Made by a program: the position numbers and the translations under genes. Shown piece after piece: positions 47,300 through 56,107 of a stretch of DNA of 64,000 nucleotides. The stretch lies in contig CAXXWX010000015.1 in assembly GCA_963675745.2 (NCBI GenBank), positions 320,001 through 384,000 on the forward strand, in the 5' to 3' direction. Position 1 is the first letter of the stretch. Each line of letters opens with the position of its first letter. Below the pieces are notes generated by a model. It searched no databases. It saw only the letters and a list, made by a program, of their open reading frames with translations, and was not told the origin of the DNA. Source of the stretch: Phycisphaerae bacterium (GTDB lineage Bacteria; Planctomycetota; Phycisphaerae; UBA1845; Fen-1342).

Positions 47300-48139
47300 A
47301 TGTTCTCAGCCGTCAATGCGCGATCGTTTGGGGTGGCTTCACCACTCGCTGCGCAGGTGGCGCGCGCCGCCAACGCCGGATTCGATGGGGTGGAACTCGC
47401 TCTGGAGCCACCCGCAGCCGGCCTGCCACACGCCACCGCCGCGGAGTGCCGCACCGTGGTCGCCGGCGCGCGTGACCTCGGAATTCAGATTTGTGGGCTG
47501 GCCACCAACGCCTTCTGGACCGTGAATTTCGCCTCGCCACGCATCGAAGACCGGCAGGCCGCCATCGATCTGACGCTGGCCATGCTCGACCGGGCGGCGG
47601 CCCTCAATGCCGGCGTTGTGCTGGTCGTCCCCGCCGTAATCGGCACGCCGGACAGCCCACGCCCCGGCGTGACCTATGCCGACGCCCTCCATTACACGCT
47701 GGAGGCGCTCAGCCGGCTGCGATTCGCGGCCGAGGATCGCGGCGTGGTGATCGCGCTTGAGACCGCCTGGAATCGCTTTCTTCTGTCACCAATCGAGCTG
47801 GCGGACCTCATCGACCGCGTCGGTTCACCCTCGGTCGGGGCTTGCCTCGATATTGGCCGGGTGTCCGCGTATGGCTGTGCCGAGGACTGGATTGCAACGC
47901 TCGGACATCGACTCAGGCGCCTCCACGCCAACGACTACTCGCCAACTTCCGCTGCTGGCGGCGAACTGCGGCCGATCGGCGAAGGTCACGTGGACTGGCC
48001 GGCGGTTATGGCCGCCGCGCGGGATGTCGGCTACGACGGACCGCTGACCTGCGATGTCATCGGAGACGCTTCGGATGCGCGTCGGCGAGTCACGCGTCTG
48101 ATCGCCGACTCGGCGCCGGTTCGAGGAAGACCGTCATGA
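47300..48139 (+). CDS. Sugar phosphate isomerase/epimerase family protein (xylose-isomerase-like TIM barrel), divergent
   Basis: AGFDGVEL, ALETAWNRFLLSP, GEGHVDW and GYDGPL. Confidence 0.85.
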   Translation: MFSAVNARSFGVASPLAAQVARAANAGFDGVELALEPPAAGLPHATAAECRTVVAGARDLGIQICGLATNAFWTVNFASPRIEDRQAAIDLTLAMLDRAAALNAGVVLVVPAVIGTPDSPRPGVTYADALHYTLEALSRLRFAAEDRGVVIALETAWNRFLLSPIELADLIDRVGSPSVGACLDIGRVSAYGCAEDWIATLGHRLRRLHANDYSPTSAAGGELRPIGEGHVDWPAVMAAARDVGYDGPLTCDVIGDASDARRRVTRLIADSAPVRGRPS

Positions 48140-49023
48140 GACTGGATGTCGAAACTCTACGCGGAACACTCTCGGTTGCTGATGGAGCGTGGTCCACGCA
48201 ACTGCGCATGCGGGGCCTGCCACCGGCCGCCCCGGCCGAAAACGCCAACCTGACGCACCCGCAACTGGTCACGAACCTGAGCCGTATGTACGTGGCGGCC
48301 GGCGCGCGGTTCATAACGACCAACACCTTTGCGGCCGGCAGCTACGCGCTCGAGCGTTTCCAACTGACCGATAAAGTGCATGAAATCAACCTTCGTGGGG
48401 CTCAACTCGCGCGCGATGCCGTCGGCGAGGTGGCCGTCGTGGCCGGCTCGATTGGCCCCAGCGGCAAAATCCTGGCAGTCCAGGAGATCAGCGAGGATGA
48501 GCTCGTGGCCTCTGTGAAGGCCCGGACGACCGCCCTCGTCGAGGGGGGTGTGGACGCCATCTTGCTGGAGACCTTCTCCGAGGTGGCCGAGACGCTCATC
48601 GCCCTCAAAACGGTCAAGGACGAAACCGACCTGCCGGTCATTTGCAGCATGTCGTTCGACTCCGGCCCGCAACGCACGCGGACCATGATGGGCGCCCAGG
48701 CGAGCGAATGTGCCGCCGCACTGGAAGACGGTGGCGCGGACGTCATCGGGTGCAATTGTGGCGCGGCGACAGAGCAGGCCCTGCCGGCGGTCGTTGCCCT
48801 GCGCGCCGCAACCGATCTGCCACTCTGGGTCAAGCCCAGCGCCGGTCTTCCCGAATTGCAGGACGGTCTGCCGGTGTGGACACAGACCCCCGAGGAGTTT
48901 GTGGCACACGTGCCCGCGCTCATCGAAGCTGGCGCCAACATCCTTGGCGGCTGTTGCGGCAGCGGGCCCGACCACATTCGCCGGCTGGCAGCGATTGTCG
49001 CAAGGTCGCGGCCACCCGCGTGA
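48136..49023 (+). CDS. Homocysteine S-methyltransferase family protein (stand-alone MetH N-terminal-like domain)
   Basis: ADGA, TTNTF, GSIGP, LLETF, GCNC and GGCCG Zn ligands; ATGA overlap with the upstream gene. Confidence 0.92.
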   Translation: MRLDVETLRGTLSVADGAWSTQLRMRGLPPAAPAENANLTHPQLVTNLSRMYVAAGARFITTNTFAAGSYALERFQLTDKVHEINLRGAQLARDAVGEVAVVAGSIGPSGKILAVQEISEDELVASVKARTTALVEGGVDAILLETFSEVAETLIALKTVKDETDLPVICSMSFDSGPQRTRTMMGAQASECAAALEDGGADVIGCNCGAATEQALPAVVALRAATDLPLWVKPSAGLPELQDGLPVWTQTPEEFVAHVPALIEAGANILGGCCGSGPDHIRRLAAIVARSRPPA

Positions 49024-49206
49024 CGAACCGGGGCAACCGGGGAGGTGCAGTTTCTGCGTGTCGGGGCCTGATGAAGGTCGTTCGCAATCTGTACGGCTCG
49101 CGCGCCGCGCGGTGAAGGCGCGATAACGCTGCATGCCCCAAGGCTGGCCAATCTCTGTAATACCTTGTGATATAAATAGTTAAAACACCTGTAGCGCGAT
49201 CAACGG

Positions 49207-49236
49207 TTGACGGGCCGGTTGGTTTCGGTTTATCCT
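49207..49236 (+). promoter_or_regulatory. Putative sigma70 promoter of the KamA-family gene
   Basis: TTGACG-N18-TATCCT preceded by an AT-rich tract (49157-49185). Confidence 0.5.
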
Positions 49237-49449
49237 GCGCGTACTCAGGGACAGCGGCCCCCCATCACCAGCGCCCGTGCAACCACTCGGGCGACCTCTC
49301 ATCTGGGCCGCCGCCACGGGGGGCGAATGCCGCGCCGATGGGCACGGTGCGGTTCAAGACGGCGTCAGGTGGTCTAACTACCTCCGCTCGCTCCAGTGCT
49401 TAATAGCCACCTGCCTGACGCGCGCAATCTAATAGCCAGGAGGACCCTA

Positions 49450-50643
49450 ATGCACAGAGCCAATCCGCATGAGCGCGCATTGCCGGTCGCGACCCCACGG
49501 CGTGTGAAGTACGTTCGCGAACTCAGCCAGATCCCCGGCATTACCACCGGGCAGCGCGCGCGTCTGGAACCGATAGCCGGCAAATACGCCTTCCGGGCAA
49601 ACGACTACTACCTGAATCTGATCGACTGGAGCGACCCCAAAGATCCGATAAAACAGCTCATAATCCCACGAGAAGATGAGCTCAACGACTGGGGTGAGCT
49701 CGACGCCTGCAACGAGGCTGCCGTTACCGTCGCCCCGGGTCTCCAGCACAAGTACTCCGACACCGCCCTCCTGCTCTGCACCGAGGTCTGCGGCGCTTTC
49801 TGCCGCTATTGCTTCCGCAAACGCCTGTTCATGAACGAGAACGGCGAAGTCAGCAACGACGTCTCCGAGGGGATTCGCTACATCAGCCAGCATCCTGAGA
49901 TCAGCAACGTGCTGCTCACCGGCGGCGACCCCCTCCTGATGAGCACCCGCCGCATCCGCGACGTGATCGTGGCGTTGCGCCGAATCCCACACGTGCGTAT
50001 CATCCGGATCGGCTCGAAAATGCCCGCGTTCAATCCCTTCCGCATACTCAACGACCCTGAGCTTCAGGACGTGCTCCGGGAATACTCGACCGCTCGAAAC
50101 CGCATCTACCTGATGTGCCACTTTGACCACCCGCGCGAACTGACCAGGGAGGCAACCGCAGGCATCAGTTGCCTGGTCGGGGCGGGCGTTGTTTGCGCCA
50201 ATCAGTGCCCGATTATCCGGGGCGTCAACGACAACCCCGATACGCTGGCCGAGCTGTTCAACGAGCTCTCGTACGTGGGCTGCCCACCCTACTACCTCTT
50301 TCAGGGGCGCCCGACTGCGGGAAATCAGCCCTACGAGGTGCCCCTGGCCCGCGGATTTGAGGTCTTCAGCGAGGCACAACGCCGGGCCAAATCCGGGCTG
50401 GCCAGACGGGCGCGATTCGCGATGTCGCACGAGCTGGGCAAGATTGGCGTCGCCGGTATCGACGACGAACGGATCTACTTCCAATTCCAGCGCGCCAAAC
50501 ACCCGGCCCACGAAGGGCGCTTCCTGGTCTGCAAGCGCGACGACGACGCCTTCTGGCTCGATCAACTCGAACTTGCCGACGGCGGCTCGCCGCGCGATTA
50601 CCTCGAGTCTCTGGTCGACCAGCCCAGCCCGGCAAGCGCCTGA
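49450..50643 (+). CDS. KamA family radical SAM protein (lysine 2,3-aminomutase-like)
   Basis: HKYSD, CGAFCRYCFRKR, LLTGGDPL, HFDHPRE, GVND and PYYLFQ; AGGAGG RBS. Confidence 0.92.
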   Translation: MHRANPHERALPVATPRRVKYVRELSQIPGITTGQRARLEPIAGKYAFRANDYYLNLIDWSDPKDPIKQLIIPREDELNDWGELDACNEAAVTVAPGLQHKYSDTALLLCTEVCGAFCRYCFRKRLFMNENGEVSNDVSEGIRYISQHPEISNVLLTGGDPLLMSTRRIRDVIVALRRIPHVRIIRIGSKMPAFNPFRILNDPELQDVLREYSTARNRIYLMCHFDHPRELTREATAGISCLVGAGVVCANQCPIIRGVNDNPDTLAELFNELSYVGCPPYYLFQGRPTAGNQPYEVPLARGFEVFSEAQRRAKSGLARRARFAMSHELGKIGVAGIDDERIYFQFQRAKHPAHEGRFLVCKRDDDAFWLDQLELADGGSPRDYLESLVDQPSPASA

Positions 50644-50766
50644 ACGCCGCCCCATCCGGCCGCGGCTTGCATGTCGCTATGGAGCACAGCACACCGCGGG
50701 CGCCGGGTACCACAACCCGACACCCGCGGTGCTCTTCGGCATTACCGGTGGTGCTGTCCAACTTGC

Positions 50767-52299
50767 CTACGCGCCGCCGGTCAGTAGCGCGACGAACGGA
50801 TCGATATCGCCGTTATTGACCCACGTGTCGCCGTTACAGTCGGCGAGCATGTGGTCACAATCGGGATAGGTAACGTAGTACAGTGCCGTGTTCTCGATCG
50901 CCAGAATGAACGCGTCGATATCGCCGTTGTTGACGACCCCGTCACAGTTCAGGTCACCGGTTGTTGGGCTGGCTGACCGAACGACAATGCGCGTGAACCG
51001 GGCCAAACCATCACCAAACAGGTGGTCACCCGTCCCGACGAGATACAGCCGGTTCAGCGCGGCATCTGGCGCGTGCGTGGTCCACTCGCGCTCACCGACC
51101 ACGGTCCAGCTATCGCCAATCATCTTGCTGAACCTGGCGTAGAGATCGGTTCCCGAGCGGCCGAAGACAACCTCGTACTCGTTGCCACCTTGAGGTTCGC
51201 CGTAGACGACGTCGGTTTCAGAGAAACCCGTTGCGTCTTGCGAGCCAGCGTTGAGCGTGACATCGTGACCAATGTGGAAGCGCGTGCGAATCCACTGGCT
51301 TCCCGCCGCATACGGATCAAGGTAGTCGAACGTCTCGTCAGCGAGACAAATGTTGATATCGTAGCCCTCTTGGTCCAGGGAGAACCGAGCCTCAACCTCG
51401 ACATCGTCACTACAGGCACCCACAGTTCTGCTCGCGGCGACAACTTCACTCACTCCGTTGCCGGGATACCCGACAAAGAAGCCCTCGCCAGGAACGTAGT
51501 AAGCGTTGTCGGTCTCACCTTCGAGCAGGAAGTTGGGATCAGTCGATGAATCCCAATCCCAGCCGCACTCTGTGATGGAATGCGCAAGCTGCTGTATTTC
51601 CGTCTCGGACAAGGCGCGGCCATACATGTACACGTCGTCGAGCAGTCCATTGAACTTGTGCGAGCCACCTTCCGCCCCTCCGACTATGAGACCCTGCGCG
51701 TTGTCGGAAATGTCGGCGATATACACGCCGGCCTCAACCGGGGCACCGTCGATGTAATAGACGTACTCATCGGTAAAGTCGATGTACGTCATGGCCAGAT
51801 GATGCCAGACATCGCGCGTCGTGGCGGTGGTGCTGATCAACTCGGTGTGCCAGGGAGTAGCGATGAAGTAGGGAAGCACATCTCCGGCAACCACCTCGAC
51901 GGTTCCCCACATCCAGCTTCCATCAGAGTTGCCGCCGTATCCATGTTTGCCGAGGATGATGTTGTACCCACTCCCGTCGTAGGTGTTGATCCAGGCCGCG
52001 AATGTGAAGTCGCCGGTTGGATCGAGCTGAACGGCGTCGGGGACCGTCACATAGCCCACGTCGTTGAACTGCCCCGAGTACGCCGACTCCGCGAACGGCG
52101 TATTTGGTGAGAACCCGAAGCCGCCCTGCCCCGTTCCATCGTGTCCGTTGCCGCTGGCGTCGCCAACGTTGACGCCGCTGCCCTCCTCGAAATCCCAGAA
52201 TGCGATCAGCCCGTCGCCAAGATCGGCGCGGACGGCACCGGAGACAACCAAACTGGCCACCGCGAGCGCGCCGATCATCTGCCATCGTGTCGATTTCAT
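50767..52299 (-). CDS. Secreted LamG/concanavalin-A-like protein with a C-terminal dockerin-like domain
   Basis: Signal peptide; WDFEEGSG...DASGNGHDG, WHHLAMTY and FNGLLDDV...RALS; GDLNCDG...ADCNGD tail. Confidence 0.88.
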   Translation of the reverse strand: MKSTRWQMIGALAVASLVVSGAVRADLGDGLIAFWDFEEGSGVNVGDASGNGHDGTGQGGFGFSPNTPFAESAYSGQFNDVGYVTVPDAVQLDPTGDFTFAAWINTYDGSGYNIILGKHGYGGNSDGSWMWGTVEVVAGDVLPYFIATPWHTELISTTATTRDVWHHLAMTYIDFTDEYVYYIDGAPVEAGVYIADISDNAQGLIVGGAEGGSHKFNGLLDDVYMYGRALSETEIQQLAHSITECGWDWDSSTDPNFLLEGETDNAYYVPGEGFFVGYPGNGVSEVVAASRTVGACSDDVEVEARFSLDQEGYDINICLADETFDYLDPYAAGSQWIRTRFHIGHDVTLNAGSQDATGFSETDVVYGEPQGGNEYEVVFGRSGTDLYARFSKMIGDSWTVVGEREWTTHAPDAALNRLYLVGTGDHLFGDGLARFTRIVVRSASPTTGDLNCDGVVNNGDIDAFILAIENTALYYVTYPDCDHMLADCNGDTWVNNGDIDPFVALLTGGA

Positions 52300-52566
52300 C
52301 CAATAACCCCTTTCCAAACATGGAAGCCCAAGTGCCCGCCCCACTGCGGGGCGCTATCCGCCATTGACTCGCGGGAGTGCCGTTCGATCTTTCGGCGATC
52401 TCGTTTTTTCGCGCCGCCAGCAAGAATCGCGGTTTGCGAGAAAGATCCCGGAGGCAGCCTGCGAGTGTGCAGGTGGGGAGCCGGGCACCGCATGCCGGTT
52501 CGCGGGGGGGCGGACCGGTAGCGGCCCTGCTCGCGGCGTGGTCCGGATGTCAAGGGATGGCGTACA

Positions 52567-53172
52567 ATGGCACTGATGATCCAGACAACCAGCAGCCAAC
52601 TCCTGAAGACAATGCGCGGCGGGTGCGATGAGCGCGCCTGGCGCCGGTTCTTCGCGACCTACGCCCCGATGCTGCTGGCGTTCGCTAAGCGCCTGGGCCT
52701 TTCAGATGCAGACGCGCACGACGCATTGCAGGAAACCGTGCTGGCCGTCTTTGCGGCATTTGCCAAGATGCAAGACCCGTTTGATCGCTCCAAGGGTCGT
52801 TTCAAGGCCTGGTTGCGGGGGATCGCGAAGCACAAGATCGCGGACGTGCAACGACGTCGCGTTCGCCAGGAGTTCGTCAAGGCCAGCCAAATGCAAGAGG
52901 CAACCGACCCCGCTTGTATGACCAGCGAAATGGACGAGCACTTCGAAACGGAATGGCGCCGCAACCTTCTGACGCGTGCCCTCGATCAGGTCGCGGCAAC
53001 AGTAGACCCGACGGTTTACCAGGCGTTTGAGCTGTACGTGTTGCAGGGGCACCGCCCGGACCAGGTGGCGCGTCTGCTCGGCGTCACACGGAATGCCGTC
53101 TACATCAGCAAGACGCGCGTGATGCGGCGTTTGCGCGGGATCTTCAGCGGGTTGCTGGAAGAGGAGAGTTGA
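52567..53172 (+). CDS. ECF RNA polymerase sigma factor (planctomycete kinase-associated type)
   Basis: TTSSQLL...AWRRF, DAHDALQE, GRFKAWL and sigma4 VARLLGVTRNAVY. Confidence 0.92.
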   Translation: MALMIQTTSSQLLKTMRGGCDERAWRRFFATYAPMLLAFAKRLGLSDADAHDALQETVLAVFAAFAKMQDPFDRSKGRFKAWLRGIAKHKIADVQRRRVRQEFVKASQMQEATDPACMTSEMDEHFETEWRRNLLTRALDQVAATVDPTVYQAFELYVLQGHRPDQVARLLGVTRNAVYISKTRVMRRLRGIFSGLLEEES

Positions 53173-53175
53173 GCC

Positions 53176-53448
53176 GTGAGCTGTCCGGATCCGGAGATCT
53201 TGATCGCATACTCCAGCGGCAAGCTCAGCGCTGAAGCGGCCACCGAGGTTGAACGCCACGCCGAGGGTTGTCATCGCTGCGCCGCGCGACTCGCCGACAT
53301 GCCGATTGACGAACCGTTGCTGGCCGAACTGCGTGATATGCTCAAAGCGCGCGATGAGTTGCAATCGACGCTCAACGAGCTTGCGGACTCGGAGGAACGT
53401 ATCACGAGCACGCTTTTTCCGCGCAAGGATCCACGGTTGCCCGCGTGA
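53176..53448 (+). CDS. Small zf-HC2 (ZAS-like) protein, putative anti-sigma factor
   Basis: MSCP...HAEGCHRC (HxxxCxxC); starts 3 nt after the sigma stop. Confidence 0.8.
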   Translation: MSCPDPEILIAYSSGKLSAEAATEVERHAEGCHRCAARLADMPIDEPLLAELRDMLKARDELQSTLNELADSEERITSTLFPRKDPRLPA

Positions 53449-53584
53449 GCCACCATCCGTGGGGCGCGGCCGAGATGAACAGCGCCTATTGCCAACACGA
53501 TGGCGACGCACTCGTCGGCCGGTTTGCGAACAGGCGTTCGAGAAGGTATCAGTCTATCTGAGTTGACCGCTCAGGAGGGTTGGG

Positions 53585-56029
53585 ATGGATACAACAGCCA
53601 CGCACGCGAATTCCCAACCCGCGGGCCAGTCACCGCTGACACCCCGTTCACCCGGCGAAATCCCCAATTATCGAATGCTGTACCACATTGGCGCTGGCGG
53701 GTTCGGCGACGTCTGGCTTGCACGCGAACGAGTAACCGATGTCCCGCGCGCGGTTAAGACGATCTTCAAAGACCATAGCGGCCGTGACGAGAAAGAGATC
53801 GCCGGCGTCCGTCGTTACCAGAACTGCGCCCACAACCACCCGCATCTGCTTCAGATTCTGAGCGTCGGCGAAAATGCGCGCTGCTACTACTGCGTTATGG
53901 AGACGGCAGATGACGCCGAGAGCTCAACGACACCTGAGCGTGCGTATCGCCCCATGACATTGCGCACGCTGGCAACGCGACGCGGGCGCCTACCGGCCCG
54001 CGAGACGCTGGACATCATCGCCAAGCTGGCCTCGGCTCTCGGTCGGCTTCACGATCAAGGACTTGCGCACTTCGATATCAAGCCTGAGAACATCCTGATC
54101 GTGGGCGGAGAACCCAAGATCGCCGACGTGGGCCTCGTGTCGCCATTAAGCGACGCATCCACACATGCGGGTACGCGCGCCTACATGCCGCCGGATGGGC
54201 GCCCGGATGATCTATACGCCCTCGGAAAGATCCTCTATGAGCTACTCACGGGCCGCCAAGCCACCGACTTCCCGAGCCTGCCGGCCGATTTCCTGCGCAG
54301 CGGTGACCGCCTGCTGCGGTCAGCGGTCGCCTTGGCCAACCGCGCTTGCCATCCAGATTCAACACGGCGCTACGCATCGGTAACGCAGCTCCGCAACGAT
54401 CTCAGGCGGCTTCTGCGCGCACGGCACGGCCCCATCGGGTGGTGGCGCCGGCGCTCGCGACGGACCCGAGCTATGCTCGTCAGCGGCTGTGCTTTGGTGA
54501 CGACCGTGATCGGTATCACGGCGTTCGCGGTGTATCGGCGAACGGTGCCGTTGGAATTGCGCGCGCAGCGCATCGACACACCGTTCAGTGCGGAGGGTAT
54601 CATCTTCGTCCCGGACGCCGATCAGGAAATGCAGGCCATGCTGACCGATGCGCGCGGCGAGTTGTCGACGCGCATCGACCCGGGCGCGTATGCGCTCCCG
54701 CTGGCCAAACATACGCAGTACTTCAGTCTTGAAGCCCGCCTGCGTTTCCACAGGCCGTGGGGGTTCGTGCAACTGGGCCTAGCCGGCGATGCGGCGGGAG
54801 CTAATGCTATCGCGGTCAGCCTGGAGGGCCAGCCGGGGGGCGAGGGGTTGCGCACGCGTCTGATTGCAGCCGGCGCGGTCGGCTCCGAAGTCGCAGAATC
54901 CGCGTGGATAATTGGCCACCCATTGCCTGGCGTGGAATATGTGCTGCGCCTGGCACGCTGCCGCAATGAGTATGAGCTGGCCTTGTGGCCTCTGGCTTGC
55001 GATGACCCGACGCCCCTGAAGTGCCGCACTGCGGTATTACCGACACACGGCGCGGCTACGCACCTCCGCATTACGGCGCGCTCGCCCGATCCGCTGGCCG
55101 GCGTCGAATTACTGAAGATACGTCTGGCGAGTTACACCGCGCCCTTACCCAATGCTAGCGATCCGTTGCCCGAGGCGGTGCTTGATGGGCCGGTGTGGCC
55201 GACCGTGCCCCCCGTTCAGGCTGACTTCGTGTGGCCCGTGTGCAACCTCATCCGTACTCCGCTCCACCCGGTAGGCTCCGATGCCTGGTCGGCCATCGGA
55301 AACTGGGGCTGGTGGGACGCTGGTGTGCATCGCCGGGGCGATCCCGGCGAGCTTCACTGCCGTCCCTGGAGCGATGAACGACGAAACGATATCGTCAGGG
55401 AGGGTCTCGGGCCGCTGGCGGACTGCTATCAGGGCATTCAGCTCCTGCGTTTTGACCGCGCGGAGATCGGAGACTGCGCAGTTCGTGTAAACATACGTAT
55501 GCGCGGGGAAGATCAGCCGGGCAACGACCAGGCATTCGCAACAAAATCTCACGGCGGCGCGGTTGGCGTCGTGTTGAGGCTTCAGGATCACCCCCCTGAC
55601 GATTGCGCCTGGGGAGCAGCGTATGTCGCCGCGCTCCAGGTAGAACCGGCAGAACATGTAGCCGCGGTGGCGACGCGCAACGCCGGGTATCAACTCAGAC
55701 GGACTCCGTTTGGGCACTCCGGAGACTCAAACGGGCTGCTTTTGGTCCGAGGCGTTGAGGCGCCACAGGACCCGGATCGGCCGCGATGCGTAACGCCACA
55801 CATGAGCGACGCGCAAGCCGCGCGCGTGCGCGCAGCGCTCTTTTCACCGGAGGGCGTCGATCTGGATGTAACGCTGGTCGGCGGAGACCTCACGTTGCGT
55901 TTGATGGGCGACGAAAACCCGCTTGTGGAAATGCGCGACCCGGACCCGCTCGGCCGCGGCCGCATCGCCCTTTTCTGTGCGCGGCTGCTCACAGAATTCA
56001 CCGAGGTAGAGGTCACGCCGCGCGACTAG
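53585..56029 (+). CDS. Membrane-anchored Ser/Thr protein kinase with a large extracytoplasmic domain
   Basis: GAGGFGDVW, AVK, HFDIKPEN, IADVG and DLYALG; one TM helix after the kinase domain; AGGAGG RBS. Confidence 0.9.
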   Translation: MDTTATHANSQPAGQSPLTPRSPGEIPNYRMLYHIGAGGFGDVWLARERVTDVPRAVKTIFKDHSGRDEKEIAGVRRYQNCAHNHPHLLQILSVGENARCYYCVMETADDAESSTTPERAYRPMTLRTLATRRGRLPARETLDIIAKLASALGRLHDQGLAHFDIKPENILIVGGEPKIADVGLVSPLSDASTHAGTRAYMPPDGRPDDLYALGKILYELLTGRQATDFPSLPADFLRSGDRLLRSAVALANRACHPDSTRRYASVTQLRNDLRRLLRARHGPIGWWRRRSRRTRAMLVSGCALVTTVIGITAFAVYRRTVPLELRAQRIDTPFSAEGIIFVPDADQEMQAMLTDARGELSTRIDPGAYALPLAKHTQYFSLEARLRFHRPWGFVQLGLAGDAAGANAIAVSLEGQPGGEGLRTRLIAAGAVGSEVAESAWIIGHPLPGVEYVLRLARCRNEYELALWPLACDDPTPLKCRTAVLPTHGAATHLRITARSPDPLAGVELLKIRLASYTAPLPNASDPLPEAVLDGPVWPTVPPVQADFVWPVCNLIRTPLHPVGSDAWSAIGNWGWWDAGVHRRGDPGELHCRPWSDERRNDIVREGLGPLADCYQGIQLLRFDRAEIGDCAVRVNIRMRGEDQPGNDQAFATKSHGGAVGVVLRLQDHPPDDCAWGAAYVAALQVEPAEHVAAVATRNAGYQLRRTPFGHSGDSNGLLLVRGVEAPQDPDRPRCVTPHMSDAQAARVRAALFSPEGVDLDVTLVGGDLTLRLMGDENPLVEMRDPDPLGRGRIALFCARLLTEFTEVEVTPRD

Positions 56030-56107
56030 CGCGACATGCGTGGATTACCCAGGTGGTGCATCACGGTGCAGGCACTGCAGCGCGAATGTGTTTCTGTAGC
56101 AGTCGGG

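Noticed and set aside
53448..53585. Frameshift joining zf-HC2 and kinase genes
   Set aside because: The kinase has its own AGGAGG RBS and ATG, and the gap shows no clear coding continuity; not fully excluded without reads.
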